In this document: piece by piece, positions 55,804 through 63,924 of the stretch
How the letters are laid out: the number at the start of each line of letters is the position of its first letter
Position numbering within the stretch: position 1 is the stretch's first letter
Assembly: GCA_964486505.1 (NCBI GenBank)
Contig: CAZAMC010000001.1
Span: 106,133 to 170,132, forward strand
Direction: 5' to 3'
Length of the DNA: 64,000 bases
Source: an uncultured Gammaproteobacteria bacterium
GTDB lineage: Bacteria; Patescibacteriota; Patescibacteriia; PEXW01
Notes under the pieces: model-generated
Told to the model about the DNA's origin: nothing
Seen by the model: only the letters and a program-made list of their open reading frames with translations
Database searches by the model: none
Program-made: the position numbers and the translations under genes

Positions 55804-57306
55804 TTATGCTGGACGCCTTCGAATAATCCGCCAGAGAGCCGAAAGCTCTTCACGTTTCACACCTTTAAGGACAATGAGCCCGGCCACGTAGATGACGGCG
55901 AAGAGCACTGTCCAGCCCAGCACGTCTGCACGGCGGCCCCCCACGAACACCGGGAAGGCGTTGCGGAACGGGAAGATGAGCAAACTGGCAATGAGGGCGG
56001 CGCCATACACGCGCAAGATGCGGGAAATCAGCCGCTGCCACGGCACCGTAATGACGTTCCGTACCCAGTACATGCCCATGCCAAACAGCACCGTACCGCT
56101 CACCAGAGTGGCGGCCGCAGCGCCCATGTAGGAGAAGCGCGTAATGAGCAAGGCGTTGAGGGAGATGTTCACCAACACGGTCACCGCCATGCTCACGGTG
56201 TTGTACTTGGTGCGGTTGCTGGCATTCAGCAGGGTGCCCACGGGGAAGTTCATGAAGATGACGGGCAAGCTCAAGATGAGGATGCGCAACGGATCGGCCG
56301 AGGCCGCGAAGAACTCGTTGAACGCCAAGCCCACAAAGCTGCTGGCCAGCACGAAGATGCCCAGGGACATGGGTACACTGAGAATCATCATGTACACAAT
56401 GGCGCGCTCAAACGTATCGGCCAGTTTCTCTTTGGAGTTGATGTAGAAGTTGCTCATGGCCGGATACAAACCGGCGGCAAAAGCCGAGGGCAGGAATTCC
56501 AAAGCAAAGGTGAGCTTGTGCGCCACGGCGTAGAAACCCACGGCATCCCGGCCCTTCTGAATGAGGAGCAAGTACCGGTCGGTGTACGTGTAGACCTTCA
56601 CCAGCATGGCCGCAATGGCGAAGGGCAGAGCCATTTTGAGGAGCTCCTTAATGAGCCACACGTCCCACTGCAGACGGGGCCACACTTTGGCAAAGCGCCG
56701 TAAGGAAAAGGTAGACCAGGCAAAGTTGGCCACCGAACCCAGCAACGTGGCAAAGAAAATCCCGCGCAGCCCCAGGTCCAGGCGCAGCGTGGTGTAGCCA
56801 ATGCCGACCGCTAAAACTTGGTTGAGGATCATACCCATGGCCTCGAACTTCATGTTCTGCAAGCCCCGCAGCACGGCAAAGAACGTGAGCGTGAACGTAT
56901 CGAAGCCCACGATGAGCGCCACCAGGTACAAGGACGACTGCACGTCCTGTGAGAAATTACCAAAGTTGGTGACGAATCCAAAAGCCGTCATCACCACCAG
57001 GGTGAAGAGCAACTTCAGGCCCAGGACGTTCCCCAGGATAGACTTCAGGCGCTGCGGCGAGCGCGCAATTTCACGCGTGACCACCTGCGAGAGCGAGAAG
57101 TCAATGAGGATGAGGGCAATGGGGATAAGCGATTTCAGCGGGTCGTACTCGCCGCTGCGGGAGACGCCAATGTGATTGACGACCACCGTGTAGTACAAGA
57201 ACGAAATAATTTTCTGCAGCACAAAGGCCCCCGTGAGGTACGAGGTATTCCGGAGAATCTTCGACTGGCCGGCATTCACTTCGGTCGTAGGTTCGACGGT
57301 GGCCAT
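55804..57306 (-). CDS. Wzx/MurJ-like oligosaccharide flippase
   Basis: NT.YL, D...S..V.REIA, PF, D..LL....G..AVG.Y..A.K; many TMs. Confidence 0.88.
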   Translation of the reverse strand: MATVEPTTEVNAGQSKILRNTSYLTGAFVLQKIISFLYYTVVVNHIGVSRSGEYDPLKSLIPIALILIDFSLSQVVTREIARSPQRLKSILGNVLGLKLLFTLVVMTAFGFVTNFGNFSQDVQSSLYLVALIVGFDTFTLTFFAVLRGLQNMKFEAMGMILNQVLAVGIGYTTLRLDLGLRGIFFATLLGSVANFAWSTFSLRRFAKVWPRLQWDVWLIKELLKMALPFAIAAMLVKVYTYTDRYLLLIQKGRDAVGFYAVAHKLTFALEFLPSAFAAGLYPAMSNFYINSKEKLADTFERAIVYMMILSVPMSLGIFVLASSFVGLAFNEFFAASADPLRILILSLPVIFMNFPVGTLLNASNRTKYNTVSMAVTVLVNISLNALLITRFSYMGAAAATLVSGTVLFGMGMYWVRNVITVPWQRLISRILRVYGAALIASLLIFPFRNAFPVFVGGRRADVLGWTVLFAVIYVAGLIVLKGVKREELSALWRIIRRRPA

Positions 57307-57356
57307 GGGTCGGGACGGGTTGGAAGGCTGACGAGAAACGCCAGCAGCAGGGCGCT

Positions 57357-57956
57357 TTAGCGCTTCTGCCACTGCGGCGCGCGGCGGGCGCGCTTGAGGC
57401 CGTACTTCTTGCGCTCCTTCACGCGGGCATCGCGCGTGAGGAAGCCGTGGGGCTTAATGACCGCCCGAAGAGCCGGATCCAACAGGATGAGCAGGCGAGC
57501 AATACCGTGGCGAATGGCGTGCGCTTGGGCGTGCTTGCCACCACCCTGAACTTTAATAGACCAGCGGCCCTGCGCCCAGCCAGTTGCCGCGAGCGAGCCC
57601 TTGGCTTCATCCACCCAGGGGGTGTAGCCGAAGTACTTCTCCAGGGTCATGCCGTTTACCTGCATTTCACCAGTACCCAGCTTGTAGTACCGCACCCGAG
57701 CAATAGCGGTCTTGCGCTTACCCACGCTCGACATGTACTCCTCACGCTTGATCGCGTCGGGTACAACTGCAGCGACCACAACGTGCGGCTTGGCATCGTG
57801 CGTGACGGTAGGCTTGGCGTGAACGGCCTTGTGCACGGCGGCCTTGTGGGGCGCGGCCTTTTTGACAGCAGGTTTCCCGCCGCGACTCGATGCGTGCGGC
57901 GAGGCGGGCTTGGCAGCCTTCTTGGCAGCGGGTTTCTTGGTGGTCTTGGTAGGCAT
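57357..57956 (-). CDS. rpsI: 30S ribosomal protein S9 with Lys/Ala-rich N-terminal extension
   Basis: GKRKTA.ARV, GGG...QA.A.RHGIAR, LTRD.R.KERKK.GL..AR.APQW.KR. Confidence 0.96.
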   Translation of the reverse strand: MPTKTTKKPAAKKAAKPASPHASSRGGKPAVKKAAPHKAAVHKAVHAKPTVTHDAKPHVVVAAVVPDAIKREEYMSSVGKRKTAIARVRYYKLGTGEMQVNGMTLEKYFGYTPWVDEAKGSLAATGWAQGRWSIKVQGGGKHAQAHAIRHGIARLLILLDPALRAVIKPHGFLTRDARVKERKKYGLKRARRAPQWQKR

Positions 57957-57960
57957 GGCT

Positions 57961-58326
57961 TTACGGTTGGACAGTGAGGCGCTTGAGGATGAACTTGCGG
58001 GTGCGGTTGTCGGGCAGCATGCGCTTCACCGCGAGGGTGAAGAGGCCAACCGGATCTTTCTCCAGCTTCTCCTTAAAGCTCGTCTGGCGCAAACCGCCGG
58101 CGTAGCCCGAAAAGTGCGCGTACATTTTCTGGTCGAGCTTGCGCCCGGTCACCAGAATTTTTTTCACGTTGGTAACAATGACTTTCTCACCAGAAATCAC
58201 ATCCGGCCGGAAGGTGGGCAAGTGCTTCCCCCGCAGCGTGGCGGCCACGTGCGAGGCCAAACGGCCCAGCACTTTACCAGAGGCGTCAATGGTAACGGTC
58301 GTAGATGGTGGGGTAGGTTTGCGCAT
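57961..58326 (-). CDS. rplM: 50S ribosomal protein L13 (short)
   Basis: IDA.G..LGRLAS..A..LRGK, K.Y...SGY.GG, MLP. Confidence 0.95.
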   Translation of the reverse strand: MRKPTPPSTTVTIDASGKVLGRLASHVAATLRGKHLPTFRPDVISGEKVIVTNVKKILVTGRKLDQKMYAHFSGYAGGLRQTSFKEKLEKDPVGLFTLAVKRMLPDNRTRKFILKRLTVQP

Positions 58327-58329
58327 ACG

Positions 58330-58677
58330 TTACACGAGTTCAAGAATGGCCAGCTGCGCGCGGTCACCTTGGCGCTGGTTGGCCAGGATACGTCGCGTGT
58401 AGCCGCCCTTGCGGTCCTTGTACTTGGGGGCGATGTCGGTGAGGAGCTTCTGCGCCGCCGGTTCAGTAAAGCTTTGCAGAAGGGTGCGGCGGGCGCTCAG
58501 GTCACCGCGCTTGGCTGTGGTTATGGCGCGCTCCACGAGCGTGCGAACCGCGCGGATCTTCGCCACCGTGCTGGTCACGCGGCCGTTAAGCACAACGCTG
58601 ATCGCCAGGCTACGGAGCATGGCGTTGCGCGGGGCGGCTTTGCGATCGAGAGTGGGACGGGTCTTGCGGTGGCGCAT
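58330..58677 (-). CDS. rplQ: 50S ribosomal protein L17
   Basis: MRHR....L.R....R.A..R.L, R.GGYTR, R.GD.A. Confidence 0.96.
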   Translation of the reverse strand: MRHRKTRPTLDRKAAPRNAMLRSLAISVVLNGRVTSTVAKIRAVRTLVERAITTAKRGDLSARRTLLQSFTEPAAQKLLTDIAPKYKDRKGGYTRRILANQRQGDRAQLAILELV

Positions 58678-58683
58678 GGGAAA

Positions 58684-59451
58684 TTACTCTTCAGCTTCCT
58701 TGTCCTTCTTCTTCGTAGATTTCTTTTTCGCCGGCTTTGCTTCCTCCGCTGGGTCGGCATCGGCAGGAACGGAGGCGAGGAGGTGCTGGAAGTGCTCGGT
58801 GAGAATTTGGGCAGCTTCGCGGAACGCCGCGGCGGGGCTTACGGTTCCGTCCGTGCGGATAGTAAGAGTCACCTTGTCGTAATTGGTCATCTGACCAACG
58901 CGGACGTTCTCCACCCGGAAGTTCACTGTGCGAACGGGCGTGTAAATGGCATCCACGGCAATCACGCCCAAGTCCAGGCGCTCCTTCTCCCGCATTTCCA
59001 CTGGGATGTAGCCGCGACCCACGCCGACGGTGAGTTCCATTTCCACATCGGCATTCTTGTCGGTGAGGTGACAAATGACGTGCTCCGGATTGCGGATTTC
59101 CACGTTCGAAGGGCACTTCAGGTCACCGGCAGTGAGCACTTTTTCGCCCTTCGCCTTCACCATGATGGTGGCCGTCTCACCTTCGAACATCTTCAAGCGT
59201 ACGCCCTTGAGGTTGAGAATGAGGTCCACCATGTCTTCCTTCACGTGCGGGAGAGTGGTGAACTCGTGCGTGGCACCGTTAATTTTCACCGCCGTAATGG
59301 CCGCGCCGGGGAGGGACGACAGCAGCACCCGCCGCAAGGCATTGCCCAGGGTGGTACCGTAGCCGGGGTAGCACGGTTCAATGACGACGTTGGCTTCGTG
59401 CTCACCGCTTTCGGTGAGGCTAATCTTCGAGGGCAGGGCGATGCGTTCCAT
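58684..59451 (-). CDS. rpoA: RNA polymerase alpha subunit (NTD only, CTD absent)
   Basis: EP...GYG.TLGN.LRR.LLSS..G, HEF, GRGY, DA.Y.PV, RVGQ.T.YD. Confidence 0.95.
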   Translation of the reverse strand: MERIALPSKISLTESGEHEANVVIEPCYPGYGTTLGNALRRVLLSSLPGAAITAVKINGATHEFTTLPHVKEDMVDLILNLKGVRLKMFEGETATIMVKAKGEKVLTAGDLKCPSNVEIRNPEHVICHLTDKNADVEMELTVGVGRGYIPVEMREKERLDLGVIAVDAIYTPVRTVNFRVENVRVGQMTNYDKVTLTIRTDGTVSPAAAFREAAQILTEHFQHLLASVPADADPAEEAKPAKKKSTKKKDKEAEE

Positions 59452-59472
59452 AGGCGTGAGGGGGTAAAAGGT

Positions 59473-60081
59473 TTAGCGGGAGTAGTACTCAACTATGAGC
59501 TGCATGTTGAGCGGTTGGTTGACATCGGTGGCTTCCGGCAAACGGCTGACCGTGCCGGCGAGCTGTTCCACGTTGCGCGTGAGCCAGCTGGGCGGGTCTT
59601 CGTGTGCGCCCTTCAAGCGCTCGGCAATCTGGGTACGGAACTTCGCTTTGTCCTGAATGCTCACCACGTCCTTGGGCTTCACGTTAAAAGACGGGATGGT
59701 TACCTTGCGGCCGTTCACCTTCACCAGGCCATGGCTCACAAACTGGCGCGCTTGGCTGTGCGTGGTGGCAAAACCCAAGCGGAAGACGGTGTTGTCTAGC
59801 CGGCGCTCCAAAAGTTGGAGCAAAATCTGCCCGGTGTTGCCCTGCTTGCGCTTGGCCCGCTTGAAGTAGTTTTCAAATTGGCGCTCCAGTAAACCGTAGA
59901 TAATCTTGGCCTTCTGCTTCTCGGCGAGCTGAATGCCGTACTCCGAAAGACGCGGCGTACCCTTGGGGCCGTGCTGGCCAGGCGGGTAGGGCCGACGAAC
60001 GACAGGGCACTTCGCCGAGTCGCAGAGCTTCACGCCGTAACGGCGGCAACGAGTATGTTTGGGTCCTGTGCGGCGAGCCAT
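59473..60081 (-). CDS. rpsD: 30S ribosomal protein S4
   Basis: PGQHG, SEYG.QL.EKQK, LE.RLDN...R.G, ARQ.V.HG. Confidence 0.97.
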   Translation of the reverse strand: MARRTGPKHTRCRRYGVKLCDSAKCPVVRRPYPPGQHGPKGTPRLSEYGIQLAEKQKAKIIYGLLERQFENYFKRAKRKQGNTGQILLQLLERRLDNTVFRLGFATTHSQARQFVSHGLVKVNGRKVTIPSFNVKPKDVVSIQDKAKFRTQIAERLKGAHEDPPSWLTRNVEQLAGTVSRLPEATDVNQPLNMQLIVEYYSR

Positions 60082-60090
60082 ACGAGAGAG

Positions 60091-60570
60091 TTAAACGCGA
60101 CGAACTTTCGGCTGGCGCACGCCATTGTGCGGAATGGGCGTGACGTCTTTGATAGATGTAATTGTTAGGCCCATGCCCACGAGGGCACGAATGGCGGCTT
60201 CCCGGCCGCTGCCAATCCCCTTCACGCGCACGTCCACCTGCTTGAGGCCAACGTCGCGAAGCTTTTCCATGATGCTGCGCACCACCACGCCGGCGGCGTA
60301 GGGAGTGCCCTTCTTGGGGCCGCGGAAACCTTGCGCGCCCGCCGAACCCCAGGCCAAGACGTTCCCGTTCTGGTCGGCGATGCTCACAATGGTGTTGTTA
60401 TAGGTTGCTTGAACGTGCGCTACGCCGTGCTGCACAAACTTCTTGCCCTTCTTGGCGCGCTTCTTCTTGGGCTTCGCACCGTCAGCGGCCTCGGCCGGCT
60501 TGTCTTCGGCGGCGGGCGCGGGGGCGACTTTGTCCAAGAGTTCTTCGACGTTCTTTGTATTGTCAGCCAT
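60091..60570 (-). CDS. rpsK: 30S ribosomal protein S11 with N-terminal extension
   Basis: ATYNNT, G..GF.G.KK.TPYAA, G.GSGRE, DVTP.PHNG.R. Confidence 0.97.
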   Translation of the reverse strand: MADNTKNVEELLDKVAPAPAAEDKPAEAADGAKPKKKRAKKGKKFVQHGVAHVQATYNNTIVSIADQNGNVLAWGSAGAQGFRGPKKGTPYAAGVVVRSIMEKLRDVGLKQVDVRVKGIGSGREAAIRALVGMGLTITSIKDVTPIPHNGVRQPKVRRV

Positions 60571-60575
60571 ATGCG

Positions 60576-60965
60576 TTAGGTCTTCTCAGCGGTGGGCTTG
60601 CGGCCACTTCCCATGGTGCGGCGAACGTTGCCCCGCACCGTACGAGAATTGGTCTTCGTGCGCTGGCCGCGGACCGGCAAATTCCGGCTATGCCGCATGC
60701 CGGCGTAGGAGCTAATTTCCTTCTTGCGCTTAATGTTGAGCAGCACCTCGCGGCGGAGTTCGCCTTCCACTTTGTGCTGCTTCTCGATGATGTCCTTCAG
60801 CCGGTTCACTTCCGATTCCGAAAGGTCGTTCGGCCGGGACTGCGGGTCCAGGTCGGCCAGCTTCGCCACTTTCACGGCGAGCGTTGGGCCAATGCCGTAG
60901 ATGTACCGCAAGGCAACGCGGAGGGGTTTGTTGGGCAGGATGATACCAGCGATACGTGCGGGCAT
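60576..60965 (-). CDS. rpsM: 30S ribosomal protein S13
   Basis: RIAG, IYGIG, Y.G.RH...LPVRGQRTKTN.RT. Confidence 0.97.
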   Translation of the reverse strand: MPARIAGIILPNKPLRVALRYIYGIGPTLAVKVAKLADLDPQSRPNDLSESEVNRLKDIIEKQHKVEGELRREVLLNIKRKKEISSYAGMRHSRNLPVRGQRTKTNSRTVRGNVRRTMGSGRKPTAEKT

Positions 60966-60969
60966 AGGG

Positions 60970-61083
60970 TTATCCTTGACGTTGCTTATGCTTGGGGTTG
61001 CTGCAAATCACGAGCAGCTTCTTGCCCCGTCGAATGACGCGGCACTTGGGGCAAATCGGTTTTACGGAGGATCGAACTTTCAT
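60970..61083 (-). CDS. rpmJ: 50S ribosomal protein L36 (absent from the ORF track)
   Basis: Manual translation [37 protein letters not shown]. Confidence 0.96.
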   Translation of the reverse strand: MKVRSSVKPICPKCRVIRRGKKLLVICSNPKHKQRQG

Positions 61084-61085
61084 GG

Positions 61086-61346
61086 CTACTTGCGGAAGGT
61101 GATGCGACCTTTCTTCAGGTCGTAGGGGGTCATTTCCAGAATGACGGTGTCACCCGGCAGGATCTTAATGCGATTCATGCGCATTCGGCCGGAAAGGTGG
61201 GCCAGCACTTCGTGGCTATTCTGCAAACGGACGCGGAAGGTGGCCGAGGGGAGGAGTTCCTCCACAACGCCTTCCACTTCCAGAAAACCTTTCTTATTCA
61301 CGCCCCGGGCCTCTGGCTTGGGGCGATCAGCCGCGCGATGGTGCAT
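61086..61346 (-). CDS. infA: Translation initiation factor IF-1
   Basis: EG.V.E.LP...F.V.L.N...LA..SG.MR...I.IL.GD.V..E..PYD...GRI; start ATG 61346 or GTG 61301. Confidence 0.93.
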   Translation of the reverse strand: MHHRAADRPKPEARGVNKKGFLEVEGVVEELLPSATFRVRLQNSHEVLAHLSGRMRMNRIKILPGDTVILEMTPYDLKKGRITFRK

Positions 61347-61359
61347 GCAGGGTGATGAG

Positions 61360-61476
61360 AAAAAATATATCCCCGCCAAATGCGGGGTCTGCGCAACATC
61401 TACCCCACAAAATGGGGGTTCTAGTGCGCAGCCGGACGGACCAAAGTCGTGAGCAACAGGAAAGCGATTTGTAACT
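61360..61476 (-). promoter_or_regulatory. Structured 5' leader / possible attenuator of the infA-rpoA operon
   Basis: CTGCGCA..TGCGCAG stem, then CCCCGC/GCGGGG hairpin with a downstream U-run, between the promoter and infA. Confidence 0.5.
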
Positions 61477-61482
61477 GGATGG

Positions 61483-61511
61483 ACTGTACCAGGAGGCTGG
61501 ATGGGTGTCAA
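61483..61511 (-). promoter_or_regulatory. Sigma70 promoter of the infA-rpmJ-rpsM-rpsK-rpsD-rpoA operon
   Basis: TTGACA-N17-TACAGT with extended TG. Confidence 0.75.
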
Positions 61512-61525
61512 GGGTTTACCCTAGC

Positions 61526-62072
61526 GTCATTGCGAGCGACCAGAGGGAGCGTGGCAATCCTCCTAAACCTCGGGTCCAAGCCAGTGTTTGATGTATGTAC
61601 TGAACAACGACTTCAAGGTTAGTTAGTCCCTGGCGGGCAGCCACGGAATGCTACCTTTTCTGGCGGCAGAAAAGGTAGCGCCAAAAGCACCGTTGGGGGC
61701 TCCAGATGCGGTTGCTGAAAATACTTCAACACGTATGTGCTAACACCGCCTGTCGCCCCCAAACCCCAACGTACTAACTACGCCATGCTCTTTTTTCCTT
61801 TAAAAGCGGTGACTCAATTAGCACTGGGGTGCAGGGGGTTTCACTGAGCCTGTCCAACACACTGAACGGCTTGCTCCCTGCGTGCGAATTGAAACCCCCT
61901 GCCACCCTTCTTTCGGCACCACCCTTTCTTGGGTGCGCAAGAAAGGGTGGTGATCGTGAAAACCACAACTCGCCAAACGAGCAGCGGGTCGTTGTGCAGG
62001 AAAACCGTCCTGCTCCCGAAGTTCAGTAGGATTGCTTTGCCACCCGCCATTCGGCGGGTTCCTCGCAATGAC
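61526..62072. mobile_element. Non-coding palindromic/MITE-like element with GTCATTGCGAG...GCAATCCT terminal inverted repeats and internal hairpins
   Basis: TIRs at 61526-61561 and 62028-62072; perfect 13-15-bp stems at 61650-61679, 61831-61902 and 61917-61952. Confidence 0.6.
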
Positions 62073-62079
62073 ACATTGA

Positions 62080-63924
62080 TTACTTCCCCACCGTGGCTTT
62101 TATGCGCCGAATACCAGCAGAAGCTGACTTCTCAGAAACAATTTTAAAGCTCTTCAGTTCGCCCGTGTGAGTCACGTGCGGGCCGCCGCAGAGCTCTTTG
62201 GAGTAATTGCCCACGCTGTACACCGTAACCTTTTCCGGGTACTTCTCCTTAAAGAAGGCCAGAGCGCCCGCGGCTTTCGCTTCTTCAAATGACATTTCTT
62301 CCTTCGTCACGGGCAGGTCGTCGGCAATTTTCGCATTGACGATTGCTTCCACCTGCAGAATTTGCTCTGCAGTGAGTTTTGTGGGGAAAGTGAAATCAAA
62401 GCGCAAACGCTCGGGATTGATGTCTGACCCATCCTGATGCACGTCGTTCCCCAGCACGTCCCGCAGTGCCTGCTGCAGTAGGTGCGTAGCGGTGTGCAGG
62501 CGGGTCATGGTTGCACGCTCTTCGTCACCTAAACTGGCGCTGTTCAGCCCGTGGCCACCGAACTTGGCCACTGCGCCGGCCCGAGAAACGCCGCGATGCT
62601 CTTCAAGCGCCGCTTCAAACTCGGCATCGTCAAAGACAAAACCTTTGCTACGGAGTTGGTCCACCGACGTGCCGTACGTGGTGAAGAGCTGCACCGCTGC
62701 TTTACCAGAAATGCGAATGGCCGAAGGGCCAGCGAGTTCCTCCTGCTGGCTGAGTACATCTTCCTTGGGCAGCTGCTTAATGAGCTTCTGTACATCCATG
62801 AGCCGAACTTTTTCGTAGTTCGTGTACTCCTTCTGAAAGTCTTCCAAGATCGCGCTGCGTTTCTCCTTGAGCTCTGGGTAGGCCTCGCCGTACTCATGGA
62901 TGATGGCATCCACGACCGGCGCAAAGTGCATGCCCGGATGCAGGTACTGATCGCAGGCGCGGCGGAACACGCGGCGCAGCACGTAGCCCTGCTCCTTGTT
63001 GCTAAAACGCACCTCGTCGGCCCGCAGGAAGGTGGCGCTCTTAAAGTGGTCACTGGCAATCCGCAGGCGCCGCGCATCCTCCAGCGGTTCGGCAGTCTGG
63101 CCAAAACGGTCGTCGGCTTCTACGGCTGCAATGATGCCGGTGAAGGCATCGGTCTGGAACACGCTGGCTTTATCCTGCAGCACCATGGCCAGGCGCTCCA
63201 GGCCCATGCCGGTATCAATGTTCTTCTGCGGCAACTCCCGGTACTCGCCGGCATCGGTCTTCTCAAACTCCATGAGCACCAAGTTCCAAATTTCCACAAA
63301 CCGGCCGCACTCGCAGTTCGGCAAGCACTTCGCACCCTTGTCGCAGGGCTGCCCCGTGCGATCGTAGTGAATTTCGGTAGACGGTCCACAGGGCCCGGCC
63401 TTCCCGGGCGGCCCCCAGAAGTTGGCGTCCATGCCAAAACCGGCTATGCGTTCCTTGGGTAAGAACTTTTGCCAGAGCTTTGCCGATTCCAGGTCCGACG
63501 GCACGCTCACCTTCTTCCGGCCGTGCACGGCGTCGGCGTGGTAGAACGTGGCCCACAGCCGGTTCGGGTGCAGCTGCACCACCTTGGTGACGAACTCCCA
63601 GGCAAACGCAATGGCCTCCTTCTTGAAGTAGTCCCCCACGCTGAAGTTCCCCAACATCTCAAAGAAGGTCAGGTGCGTAGCGTCCCCAACTTCCAGAACG
63701 TCCGATGTGCGGAAGCACTTCTGCACACTGGTTAACCGGCGTGACTGAAAATCCTTTTCCGGGTTTTTCTCCCCCAGCATGTACGGCTTAAACTGCTGCA
63801 TGCCCGCCGTCGTGAGCAGCACCGTGGGGTCGTTCTGTGGGATAAGCGACGACGACGCAACCACCACGTGCTTGTGTGCAGCGAAGAAATGCAGGAATTT
63901 CTTACGAATGTCCTTGAGCTTCAT
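62080..63924 (-). CDS. alaS: Alanine--tRNA ligase (short, no C-Ala domain)
   Basis: DPT.L.T.AGM..FK, QKC.R, H.TFFEMLGNFS.GDYFK, DTGMGLER, H.ATHLL, ELCGG.HV, AG.RRI.A. Confidence 0.96.
   Translation of the reverse strand: MKLKDIRKKFLHFFAAHKHVVVASSSLIPQNDPTVLLTTAGMQQFKPYMLGEKNPEKDFQSRRLTSVQKCFRTSDVLEVGDATHLTFFEMLGNFSVGDYFKKEAIAFAWEFVTKVVQLHPNRLWATFYHADAVHGRKKVSVPSDLESAKLWQKFLPKERIAGFGMDANFWGPPGKAGPCGPSTEIHYDRTGQPCDKGAKCLPNCECGRFVEIWNLVLMEFEKTDAGEYRELPQKNIDTGMGLERLAMVLQDKASVFQTDAFTGIIAAVEADDRFGQTAEPLEDARRLRIASDHFKSATFLRADEVRFSNKEQGYVLRRVFRRACDQYLHPGMHFAPVVDAIIHEYGEAYPELKEKRSAILEDFQKEYTNYEKVRLMDVQKLIKQLPKEDVLSQQEELAGPSAIRISGKAAVQLFTTYGTSVDQLRSKGFVFDDAEFEAALEEHRGVSRAGAVAKFGGHGLNSASLGDEERATMTRLHTATHLLQQALRDVLGNDVHQDGSDINPERLRFDFTFPTKLTAEQILQVEAIVNAKIADDLPVTKEEMSFEEAKAAGALAFFKEKYPEKVTVYSVGNYSKELCGGPHVTHTGELKSFKIVSEKSASAGIRRIKATVGK

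Noticed and set aside
54600-56703. 389-aa and 309-aa plus-strand ORFs
   Set aside because: Antisense to well-supported GT and flippase genes
57829-59799. 656-aa plus-strand ORF
   Set aside because: Antisense shadow of the GC3-rich rplM/rplQ/rpoA/rpsD genes; no recognisable motifs
61347-61511. Long N-terminal extension of IF-1 (141-aa ORF call)
   Set aside because: The upstream TTG is the -35 box of the operon promoter; the region is better explained as promoter plus leader
61526-62072. CRISPR array, tRNA, tmRNA, RNase P or T-box
   Set aside because: No direct repeat-spacer periodicity, cloverleaf or recognisable conserved motifs; it lies downstream, not upstream, of alaS
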